26,681 bases of DNA. It comes from an uncultured Gammaproteobacteria bacterium. Lineage in GTDB: Bacteria; Patescibacteriota; Patescibacteriia; UBA2591; UBA6264. Numbering within the stretch: position 1 is the stretch's first letter; every line of letters starts with the position of its first letter. Positions 1 to 8,800 of this stretch are shown in pieces. Location of the stretch: positions 1 to 26,681 of the forward strand of contig CAZDOL010000009.1 in NCBI GenBank assembly GCA_964507075.1, given 5' to 3'. The notes beneath the pieces were generated by a model. That model was not told the DNA's origin and did no database searches. It worked only from the letters and a program-made list of their open reading frames with translations. The translations under genes and the position numbers were made by a program.

Positions 1-61
1 TGGCCAGAGCAATAGTTTTGTAAACTATAGGTCGTCGGTTCGAATCCGACTCCAGGCTCCA
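1..61 (+). tRNA. tRNA-Thr (anticodon UGU), 3' portion only; the 5' end lies outside the window
   Basis: Hand fold. T arm GTCGG-TTCGAAT-CCGAC (34-50). Variable loop AGGTC. Anticodon stem ATAGT/ACTAT with 7-nt loop TTTGTAA, giving anticodon TGT. Acceptor 3' strand TCCAGGC, discriminator T, encoded CCA ending at 61. Confidence 0.8.
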
Positions 62-84
62 TAAATCAATTAAAATGAATTATT

Positions 85-240
85 ATGTCCCAAGACAACT
101 TAATTAAATTAGAGTGTAGTGAATGTCATCGTATAAATTATTACTCTAGAAAAAACAAAAAAACCAACAAAGATAGGCTAGAGTTAAAGAAATATTGTCG
201 TTGGTGCAAGAAACACACTCTTCATAAAGAGACAAAATAA
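85..240 (+). CDS. rpmG: 50S ribosomal protein L33 (Cys4 zinc-ribbon type), 51 aa; below the ORF-track length cutoff
   Basis: My translation is [51 protein letters not shown]. It has the L33 hallmarks: CxxC...CxxC, YYSRKNKK, and TLHKETK at the C-terminus. ATG at 85, TAA at 238-240. Confidence 0.9.
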   Translation: MSQDNLIKLECSECHRINYYSRKNKKTNKDRLELKKYCRWCKKHTLHKETK

Positions 241-255
241 TTTTGTTTCCTTAGA

Positions 256-326
256 GGGGGCGTGGTGAAGTGGTATCATAGGAGTCTCCAAAACTTTTGT
301 CAGAGGTTCGATTCCTCTCGCCCCTG
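256..326 (+). tRNA. tRNA-Trp (anticodon CCA)
   Basis: Hand-folded cloverleaf. Acceptor GGGGGCG/CGCCCCT (G1-U72 wobble). U8 present. Anticodon stem GGAGT/ACTTT with loop CTCCAAA (anticodon CCA). T arm AGAGG-TTCGATT-CCTCT. No encoded CCA. Ends are accurate to about +/-2 nt. Confidence 0.85.
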
Positions 327-346
327 CTTTATGCTAAAAATTCATT

Positions 347-1453
347 ATGACAGATTATTATAAAATTTTAGGAGTTGACAAGAATGCTTCATCCTCAGAA
401 ATTAAACAGGCCTTTAGAAAATTAGCTCACAAACATCATCCAGATAAAGCAGGCGGAGATGCGCAAAAATTCAAAGAAATCAACGCTGCTTATCAGGCTC
501 TTTCTGATCCAGAAAAACGTAAGATGTATAATCAGTACGGGTCTAAGTTTGAACAAGCTAAAGCTCAAGGGAATTATAAGGGATTTGATTTTAATGATTT
601 TGCTTCTTATGCTGATGCCATGAGAGAGGAAGGTTCGGGTGGTTTTAGTTTTAATGGGTCTGACTTCGGCGGGCTGGGAGATATATTCGGAGATTTGTTT
701 GGCGGGAACAGAGGATTTAGCAGAGGGACAAGATCAACCAATAGAGGACGAGATATTCAGGTTCGTTTAGTTATTGATTTTAGGGAAGCAATTTTTGGCG
801 TAGAAAAAGAACTTCGTTTTGAGCGATATACAAAATGTCCAAAATGCAAAGGTACGAGTTTAGAGCCCGGCAGTAAAATGGTTATTTGTCCTTCTTGCCA
901 AGGAAAAGGAGAAATTATCCAAAATCAATCAACTTTTTTAGGAAATTTTAGAACCAGAAGTATTTGCCCAGAGTGCCATGGACAAGGAAACATTCCAGAG
1001 AAAAAATGTCATTATTGTCATGGTCAGGGACGAGTTAAAGAATTTTCTAAAATTAAAATTAAGATACCAGCTGGAGTTGAGAGTGGGCAGACCATCAGAT
1101 TTCATGATTACGGAGAAGCTGGAAAATTGGACGGAGAACAAGGCGACTTATATGTTATAGTTGTTATACGACCAGATTCATTTTTTCAACGTCAAGGAAA
1201 TGATATTTTTAGTGAACAAGAGGTCTTAATTTCTCAAGCTGTTCTCGGAGATAAGGTTAAAATAAAAACTTTATATGGAGAAGTGAATTTAAAAATTCCC
1301 TCAGGCACTCAATCTGGTCAGGAATTCCGTTTAAAAGGAAAAGGGGTATCCAAAAAAGGAAATCAAATTGTTAAAATTAATATTAAAATTCCTAAGCGTT
1401 TGAGCTCCCAACAGAAAAATTTATTAGAAAAATTATCTCAAGAGGGTCTCTAA
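347..1453 (+). CDS. dnaJ: Molecular chaperone DnaJ (type I: J domain, G/F region, four CxxCxGxG zinc motifs, C-terminal substrate domain)
   Basis: DYYKILGV...HPD motif at the N-terminus. G/F-rich linker. Zinc motifs CPKCKGTS, CPSCQGKG, CPECHGQG and CHYCHGQG. Confidence 0.95.
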   Translation: MTDYYKILGVDKNASSSEIKQAFRKLAHKHHPDKAGGDAQKFKEINAAYQALSDPEKRKMYNQYGSKFEQAKAQGNYKGFDFNDFASYADAMREEGSGGFSFNGSDFGGLGDIFGDLFGGNRGFSRGTRSTNRGRDIQVRLVIDFREAIFGVEKELRFERYTKCPKCKGTSLEPGSKMVICPSCQGKGEIIQNQSTFLGNFRTRSICPECHGQGNIPEKKCHYCHGQGRVKEFSKIKIKIPAGVESGQTIRFHDYGEAGKLDGEQGDLYVIVVIRPDSFFQRQGNDIFSEQEVLISQAVLGDKVKIKTLYGEVNLKIPSGTQSGQEFRLKGKGVSKKGNQIVKINIKIPKRLSSQQKNLLEKLSQEGL

Positions 1454-1522
1454 TTTTGTATCTTATAATTAAAATACCTTAATTTTTATACAATAATATT
1501 TAATTTCAAGCTTTGCTTATAT

Positions 1523-2902
1523 ATGAATTTTGATTTTATATTAAACCCAAATCTTTTATCTTTCTATATTGAGCAAGGTTTTTATTATTTTGCTCAGTTT
1601 TTTTTAAATTATGGTCTTTGGATATTTTTAACCCTTGTTATTTTAACAATAATATGGAAGCATTGGATAGACAAAAATAAGAAACAATATTTATCCAAAC
1701 AGAAATATATACTTTTGGGAATTAATATGCCCAAAGATAATGAGCAGGGCCCAGAAGCAGTGGAAAGATTTTTTGTGCATTTAGCAGGCATTAGAGAGAA
1801 ATTTACATGGTATGAAAAGAATATTCAAGGCAAAAGCCAACTGAATATATCTTTAGAAATGGTCAGCATTGAGGGACAAATTCAATTTTTTATACACACC
1901 CCAGTTCAATTTCGTGATTTAGTGGAATCAGCTATCTACACTTCTTATCCTAGTTTAGAAATTTTTGAAGAAAACCAAGATTACACAGATAATGCATTAG
2001 AAGGATTTTTAGAAGATAAGCATAATGTCTGGGGCGCGGACCTTAAACTGGTTGAACAAAATCCCATTCCCATTAAAACTTACCCTGAATTTGAGCACAA
2101 ACTTAGTAAAGAATTAAAAGATCCATTAATAGATCTTTTGGAAGTTTTGGGCAGATTGAAGGCAAGCGAACAAATTTGGCTCCAATTTATTATTACTCCA
2201 ATTGACTCAGAACTTAAGGAAGAGGGAGAGAGATTAATAAAAAAGATCTTACTTGGGAAGGATATTAAAAAAAATCCTAACAACATTATAGATATGGCTG
2301 TGCTTTTCCTGATGAAATTTGGGCAAGATGCAGTAGAATTTATTAAAGAAGTCCTAGATCTTCATCCAACGGTAGATAAATTTGAAGACAAAGAAGAAAA
2401 GAATATTTCTTTACCAGGAGACAAACGTTTGATTGATGCGATTCAAAATAAAATATCTAAAATCGCTTTTGAATCTTGCATCAGGATGGTTTATTTGGCT
2501 GATAAAGAAGTTTTTGCCAAAGATAGAGGTATAACAGGAACTTTGGGCGCTTTTAACGCTTTTCGCGCAATAGATTTAAATAGTTTTGAGGTTTCATTAG
2601 TTTCAAGGGTTGCTGAGAAGAATTGGAAGGGCAGTAAAATTTTAGAAGCCCAAAAACAAGAAGTTATTAAGGCATATCAAAAAAGAGCTTTCAAGTGGAG
2701 GGCAAGGGTTGGTATCCCTAAGATAATTTTTAAAGTTAAAAATTTTTTAACCCTACCTGAACGTTCGGCTCCCAAAAGCATTTTAAACACAGAGGAATTA
2801 GCCACTATTTATCATTTCCCAGTTAATATGATAAAAGTATCTCTTATTAAAAAAACCAGTAGCAAAAAAGCCGAACCACCATTAGGATTGCCCGTTAAGT
2901 AG
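1523..2902 (+). CDS. Hypothetical membrane-anchored protein (N-terminal TM segment, large soluble C-terminal region); function unknown
   Basis: Long uninterrupted ORF of 459 aa. Hydrophobic N-terminus (GLWIFLTLVILTIIW). No catalytic motif that I recognise. ELATIYHFP motif near the C-terminus. Confidence 0.7.
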   Translation: MNFDFILNPNLLSFYIEQGFYYFAQFFLNYGLWIFLTLVILTIIWKHWIDKNKKQYLSKQKYILLGINMPKDNEQGPEAVERFFVHLAGIREKFTWYEKNIQGKSQLNISLEMVSIEGQIQFFIHTPVQFRDLVESAIYTSYPSLEIFEENQDYTDNALEGFLEDKHNVWGADLKLVEQNPIPIKTYPEFEHKLSKELKDPLIDLLEVLGRLKASEQIWLQFIITPIDSELKEEGERLIKKILLGKDIKKNPNNIIDMAVLFLMKFGQDAVEFIKEVLDLHPTVDKFEDKEEKNISLPGDKRLIDAIQNKISKIAFESCIRMVYLADKEVFAKDRGITGTLGAFNAFRAIDLNSFEVSLVSRVAEKNWKGSKILEAQKQEVIKAYQKRAFKWRARVGIPKIIFKVKNFLTLPERSAPKSILNTEELATIYHFPVNMIKVSLIKKTSSKKAEPPLGLPVK

Positions 2903-3080
2903 CGACTTTGTCTGATAAAATCAAACCCGTAGGGTGAAGATTTTTCAGCAACAAAGACGACTACCCTGTTAAATACTGCTATGCAGTAATTTCGCCAAAG
3001 GCGAAATTATTTAACAGGGTGCTCAAAAATAAAATAAAATTTAATTCGCTTTGCTCTAAAATTTTAATATTTTTGGCATG
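2900..3080 (+). repeat. Structured intergenic element, copy A (full length, core in 'A/B' orientation)
   Basis: Runs from TAG at 2900, the stop of the upstream ORF, to ATG at 3078, the rsmI start. Hairpin module 2912-2948. Core 2963-3020, bounded by ACCCTGTTAAAT / ATTTAACAGGGT. Right arm 3021-3077. Its flanks are near-identical to copy D (26314-26493). Confidence 0.9.
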
Positions 3081-3746
3081 AATTTATACATTATCGCTAC
3101 TCCCATTGGAAACCTTCAAGACATTAGCGCCCGAGCTTTAGAAATTTTAAAGAGCGTAAATTTTATTCTTTGCGAAGACACTAGGCATACGCAAAAACTT
3201 TTGTCTTTTTATAATATCTCAAATAAATTAGTTAGTTATCACCAGCATTCCAATCAGAGAAAAATTGATTATATTTTGGATTTACTCAATAATGGGCACG
3301 ACATAGCTTTGGTATCTGATGCTGGCACTCCTGGGATATCAGATCCTGGAAATAAATTAATTAATTTAGCGATTGAAAGAATAGATAAATTGAAAGTAAT
3401 CCCTATCCCTGGACCTTGTGCACCCATCACAGCTTTATCTGTTTCAGGATTTCCTACTGATAAGTTTATTTTTTATGGCTTTATCCCTCAAAAGAAAGGC
3501 CGTCGTAAAATTTTAGAACAGATAGTGAATAGTTCCTTAACTAGTGTTTTTTTTGAATCTGGGCATAGAATCCAAAAAACTTTAAATACTTTATTGGAAT
3601 TAAATTTGGAAAAAAAAATTGTAATTTGTAGGGAATTAACAAAGAAATTTGAAACTATTTATCGAGGTGCTGTTGAAGATTTATTACCATTAATGAAAGA
3701 TAAAGCTCTTAAAGGAGAATTTGTAATTGTTGTAGCAAATAAATAA
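3078..3746 (+). CDS. rsmI: 16S rRNA (cytidine1402-2'-O)-methyltransferase RsmI (tetrapyrrole-methylase fold)
   Basis: N-terminus LYIIATPIGNLQDISARALEILKSVNFILCEDTRHTQKLL and the DAGTPGISDPG motif are typical of RsmI. Confidence 0.85.
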   Translation: MNLYIIATPIGNLQDISARALEILKSVNFILCEDTRHTQKLLSFYNISNKLVSYHQHSNQRKIDYILDLLNNGHDIALVSDAGTPGISDPGNKLINLAIERIDKLKVIPIPGPCAPITALSVSGFPTDKFIFYGFIPQKKGRRKILEQIVNSSLTSVFFESGHRIQKTLNTLLELNLEKKIVICRELTKKFETIYRGAVEDLLPLMKDKALKGEFVIVVANK

Positions 3747-3756
3747 TTTTATTCTT

Positions 3757-5262
3757 ATGAAAAAATTTTACATCACCACTCCTATTTATTATGTTAATGA
3801 TTATCCTCATTTAGGTCATGCTTATTCTACTATTGCTGCTGATGTTTTGGCTAGATTTCATAGAATGAAAGGAGAGGAAGTATTTTTTCTGACCGGCACT
3901 GATGAACATGGCGCTAAAGTAGCTCAGATGGCTACTGAAAAGAAAATGGAGCCTCAAAAATTATGCGATCAAATTTCAGCTAAGTATGAAAAGGTTTGGG
4001 ATACTCTAAAAATTTCTTATGATAATTTCATCAGGACGACCAATTCCGAACACAAGAAAATAGTTGCTAAGGTTTTGCAGATATTGAACGACAAGAAGCT
4101 GATTTATAAGAGTGTTTACAAAGGACTTTATTGTGTCGCTTGCGAAAGGTATTATACTCCCAAAGAACTAATTAACGGAGAATGTCCTATCCACAAGAAA
4201 AAAGCAATCAGCTTATCTGAAGATTGCTATTTTTTTAAATTGTCGGTCTTTCAAGAAAAATTACTGAAACTAATCAAAAAAGGCGAGTTAATTATTGAAC
4301 CTATAGAAAGAAGGAAGGAACTTCTTAGTTTTTTAGAGTTGAATAAGTTAGAGGATTTAGCTATTTCTAGAACCAATGTAAAGTGGGGGATTTCTCTTCC
4401 TTGGGACCCAAAGCAGACTATTTATGTTTGGGTAGATGCTTTATTAAATTATCTTTCTGGTTTGGGATGGAATGGCAAAGTAAATCAAATACCAGAACAA
4501 TGGCCGCCAGATGTTCAGTTGTTGGGTAAAGATATATTAAGATTTCACGCTGTTATTTGGCCAGCTTTGCTTTTGGCCTTAAATATTCCATTGCCACGCA
4601 AATTATATATCCACGGTTTTTTTACAATCAATGGACAAAAAATGGGCAAATCTATGGGAAATGCTATTGACCCCGAAGAAATGGCAACAATTTTTGGTGT
4701 AGACGCTTTGCGCTGGCTGATACTTTCCTCCTTTCCTTTTGGTCGTGATGGTGATATCTCGCAATCCAAGTTCTATGATAAATATAACGCAGATTTATCT
4801 AATGGTCTGGGAAATTTATTGAGAAGAGTTTTGTCTTTAGCGGAAAAAGCTAATGAGAATTTTTTGTCCTCTAAAAATATTGAGCAAAAATTTCAAAAAG
4901 AAATTAAAGTTTTATGGAAAAATTATGATATCTTTTTTAACGAATTAAAATTTGAAACAATCACGACAAGCATTCAAAACTTTATAGGATTTTGTGATCG
5001 TTATGTTGACAAGAACGAACCATGGAAATTATTTAAGGATAATTTTAAGCAGTACAAGAATGTAATTTATAATCTATTGGAAAGTTTGCGTCATATTGCT
5101 TGGTTAATTCAGCCCTTTATGCCCGATAAAAGCGACGAAATTTTTAAAAGTTTAGGCCTGGAAAATTCAGAAAAAGAAAAATCTTTATCCATTGGACAAC
5201 AATGGGGAAAAACAGAATTTACAAATGTATCCCAAGGAAAAATCTTATTCCCCCGTTTATAG
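3757..5262 (+). CDS. metG: Methionine--tRNA ligase (short form without a C-terminal tRNA-binding appendage)
   Basis: HIGH-type motif (YPHLGHAYS). KMSKS-type motif (KMGKSMGN). Zinc knuckle CVACE...CPIH. Anticodon-binding region with NEPWKL. Confidence 0.95.
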   Translation: MKKFYITTPIYYVNDYPHLGHAYSTIAADVLARFHRMKGEEVFFLTGTDEHGAKVAQMATEKKMEPQKLCDQISAKYEKVWDTLKISYDNFIRTTNSEHKKIVAKVLQILNDKKLIYKSVYKGLYCVACERYYTPKELINGECPIHKKKAISLSEDCYFFKLSVFQEKLLKLIKKGELIIEPIERRKELLSFLELNKLEDLAISRTNVKWGISLPWDPKQTIYVWVDALLNYLSGLGWNGKVNQIPEQWPPDVQLLGKDILRFHAVIWPALLLALNIPLPRKLYIHGFFTINGQKMGKSMGNAIDPEEMATIFGVDALRWLILSSFPFGRDGDISQSKFYDKYNADLSNGLGNLLRRVLSLAEKANENFLSSKNIEQKFQKEIKVLWKNYDIFFNELKFETITTSIQNFIGFCDRYVDKNEPWKLFKDNFKQYKNVIYNLLESLRHIAWLIQPFMPDKSDEIFKSLGLENSEKEKSLSIGQQWGKTEFTNVSQGKILFPRL

Positions 5263-5265
5263 AAC

Positions 5266-5334
5266 TGTTTTTACCCAACCTCTACCTTTTGGGGAGTGTT
5301 TTTACCCAACATCTACATGTGTATCTACATGTGT
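5266..5334. repeat. Two short direct-repeat pairs in the metG-cvpA spacer
   Basis: TGTTTTTACCCAAC(C/A)TCTAC occurs at 5266-5285 and 5297-5316. ATCTACATGTGT occurs in tandem at 5311-5322 and 5323-5334. Confidence 0.85.
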
Positions 5335-5368
5335 AATTTAAAATTTAAATTCTTTTAATTATATTTTT

Positions 5369-5869
5369 ATGACTTTATTTGACCTAGTTTTGTTGCTTAT
5401 TTTGCTTGGTTTTGTTTGGTTTGGGCTTTGGCACGGACTTATTAGAACTATTAGCGGGATAGTAGCTTTTGTTTTGTCTTTAATAATTGCTAGTCGTTTA
5501 TATGAAGCTTTGGCCTTAAAGATATTGCCTCTTTTGAAGGATAATTTTACTTTGTCTCGGATTTTATCCTTTCTTCTCATTTTTTTTATTGCGCAAGCAA
5601 TTATTTTCTTTATATTCCGAGCGCTTAATAAAGTGTTTGATTTTTCTATCTTAAAAATTTTTAACCGTTTAGCTGGAGCTTTGTTTGGTTTAGTTGAGGG
5701 AGCATTAATAATTGGTTTTATTTTATATTTTTCATCAAAACTTCCATTGGGAGTTGTTTGGGCTAATTTTTTAGAAACATCTATATTTGCTGGCATTTTG
5801 ATTGGTTTCAGTAATATTTTATTACCTCTTTTGCCCAAAGCTATTAAACAAGTTCAATCTTTAATCTAA
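5369..5869 (+). CDS. cvpA: CvpA-family integral membrane protein (colicin V production protein family)
   Basis: About four hydrophobic helices, with the typical CvpA N-terminus (LFDLVLLLILLGFVWFGLWHGLIRTISGIVAF). The overlapping minus-strand ORF is low-complexity and K-rich, so it is an antisense artefact. Confidence 0.8.
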   Translation: MTLFDLVLLLILLGFVWFGLWHGLIRTISGIVAFVLSLIIASRLYEALALKILPLLKDNFTLSRILSFLLIFFIAQAIIFFIFRALNKVFDFSILKIFNRLAGALFGLVEGALIIGFILYFSSKLPLGVVWANFLETSIFAGILIGFSNILLPLLPKAIKQVQSLI

Positions 5870-5889
5870 TTAAATAATATATTTATATT

Positions 5890-8800
5890 ATGAGGAATAT
5901 CAGCAAGATTAGAAAAAGAAATGGAAAAGTAGTAAATTTTAACAAGATTAAAATTACTGAAGCTATTTATAAAGCCATTTTTGCCGTAAAAGGTGAGGAT
6001 GGAAAAGATTCCAAAAAATTAACAGAGAAGGTGGTTAAAATAGTTGCTAATCGTTTTCCAGATAAAGTACCTGGAGTGGAGGATATTCAGGATATTGTAG
6101 AACAGGTTTTAATCCATGCTGATTTAGCTGATGTAGCTCGTGCTTACATTCTTTATCGTGAAAAGAGGCGTGAAGCTAGAGAAATTATTGGAGAAGAAGA
6201 TAAAAGTGTGGATATGGTTAATAAATATTTAGCGGAAGCAGATTGGGAAATAAAAGAGAATGCTAATATGACTTTTTCTTTGCAAGGATTGAATAATTAT
6301 ATTTCTGGATTGGCTAGCAAAAAATATTGGCTTAATAAAATTTATCCCAAAGAAATTAGAGAAGCAATTCATTCGGGCAGTTTCCATATTCACGATCTTA
6401 GTTGCTTAGGTACTTATTGCATGGGTTGGGATTTGCATGGTTTATTGTTGAAAGGATTTACTGGCGTTTTTGGAAAAATATCTTCTAAACCAGCCAAGCA
6501 TTTTCGTCCAGCTTTAGGTCAGGTTGTCAATTTTTTTTATACCCTTCAGGGAGAAGCTGCTGGAGCAGAAGCTTTTTCTTCTTTTGATACTTATTTAGCT
6601 CCTTTTATTGCTTACGACAAATTGAATTATAAAGAAGTTAAACAAGCAATTCAAGAATTCTTGTTCAATTGCAATGTTCCGACACGGGTAGGCTTTCAGT
6701 GTGTTTCTAAAGATACTGAAATCCTCACTAAGAATGGATGGGCAAAATATAATCAAGTTAAGAAAAATGATATTATCGCTACATTTAATATAGAAAATGG
6801 TTGTATTGAATATTTGCCAGTGAATAATATTTTTCAAAAGAATTATAAAGGGAAAATGTATAATTTGAAAAACAGGATTAGCGACCAATTAATTTCACCA
6901 AAACATCGCGTCGTAAGAAAGAAATTTGGTTCAAATTCATATATTTTAGAAAAAATTGAGGATGTTCTTAAATTAAAATCCCCATTTATTGTTCCTGTGG
7001 GGAGTAATGGAAATATAAAAGAAAAAAGCATTGATAAAAATATTATTAAATTAATTGCTTGGGTCGTGTCAGAAGGCACTTTAGATAAAGGAGAGCGGGG
7101 TTCTGGCAGGATTAGTATTTATCAATCACGTATTAAAAATAGGAAAAATTATCAAGAAATATTATCTATTTGTCATGGTTTAAATTTAAAATATACCGAA
7201 AGATCACAACTTGGATTAGGGCAAGAATGTATGGTTATTAGATTTGATGCCAACGGCACAAGAAAGATTCTAAAATATTTTGGTTCAGACAAAGAAAAAG
7301 GAGTAAAGTTTATTCCTCAAAGTATAATTAATTGTGGAAGAGAATCAGCCAAGTTATTTTTAGAGACCTACATTAAGGGTGATGGTTATAATGGATGTAA
7401 AATTATGACCACTTCAGCACAGATAAGAGACTCTCTTTTGCATGTGATTGTTAATGCTGGTTTTGGAGCAACTGTTTCGGTTCGTCATCCAGATAATGCT
7501 TTATCTAAAAAAGATAGATATATTATCAGGATGATTCAACATAAAGATACTTATATTGATACCGTTGAAGAAATTGAATATAGCGGTATTATTTGGTGTC
7601 CAAATACATCCAATGAAACCGTGATAGCCAAAAGAAACGGCAAAATTTTTATTACAGGGAATACTCCATTTTCAAACATCACACTTGATTTAAGGGTGCC
7701 TAAAAATATGGCTAAATTACCTGTAATTATTGGCGGAAAAGCTCAGGACAGGACTTATGGAGAATTTCAGAAAGAAATGAATATGCTGAACAAAGCTTTT
7801 TATGAAATTATTATGGAAGGGGATGCCGACCAGAGAGTTTTTACTTTCCCTATTCCCACCATTAACATTACTAAGGATTTTGATTGGGATAATCCTGCTT
7901 ATAAGCCGATGTGGGAGGCAACAGCTAAATACGGCATTAACTATTTTTCCAATTTTATAAACTCTGACCTTGACCCAGAAGACATCAGAAGTATGTGTTG
8001 CCGTCTTAGAATCGACAACAAAGAACTCCATCATAGAGGTGGGGGTCTTTTTGGTAGCGCTCCACTTACGGGAAGCACGGGAGTTGTAACCATCAATCTG
8101 CCTCAAATTGGTTATTTATCCAAAACTAAAAAAGAATTTTGGGAACGGTTAGGACATTTAATGGATTTAGCAAAAGAAAGTTTAGAAATTAAGAGAAAAG
8201 TTCTGGAGGGTTTTATGGACAAAGGTCTTTATCCATATTCTAAATTTTACCTTTCTGAGATTAAAAAATTACGCAAAAGTTACTTGGCTAATCATTTTTC
8301 AACAATCGGATTAGTGGGTTTAAATGAAGCTTTATTAAATTTTATGGGGGAAGATATTGTTTCTGAAAAAGGAAGAAAATTTGCTCTAAAAATTTTGGAT
8401 TTTATGCGTGATTGTTTATTAGAATATCAAAAAGAAACCAACCAAATTTATAATTTAGAGGCTACGCCGGCCGAAGGCACGAGTTACCGTTTAGCAAAAA
8501 TGGACAAGGAAAAATATCCGGATATTATTACGGCTGGCACTAGCGCTCCTTATTACACAAATTCTAGCCAATTACCAGTTGATTACCAAGGGGGATTATT
8601 AGAGGCCCTAAAATTACAAGATGAGTTTCAAATAAAGTATACTGGAGGAACTGTTTTCCATGCATTTTTAGGAGAAAAAATTTCCGATGTTAGTGTAGTT
8701 AAATCATTGATTAAAAAAGTTTTTACCAAATTTCATTTACCATATTTTAGCTTTACTCCAACTTTTAGTATTTGCCCCAATCACGGTTATCTTAGTGGAG

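Noticed and set aside
2963-3020. The core termini contain GTTAAAT and ATTTAAC, which fit the integron attC core-site consensus GTTRRRY / RYYYAAC
   Set aside because: The order is GTTRRRY...RYYYAAC, the opposite of attC (RYYYAAC...GTTRRRY). No integrase or attI is present in the window. The copies sit between essential ribosomal genes, not between promoterless cassettes.
5359-5838. 159-aa ORF on the minus strand, almost exactly antisense to cvpA
   Set aside because: Its translation is low-complexity and K/I/N-rich, the mirror image of a TTT/ATT-rich membrane-protein gene. The plus-strand product has a clear CvpA-like multi-helix pattern. All other genes are on the + strand.
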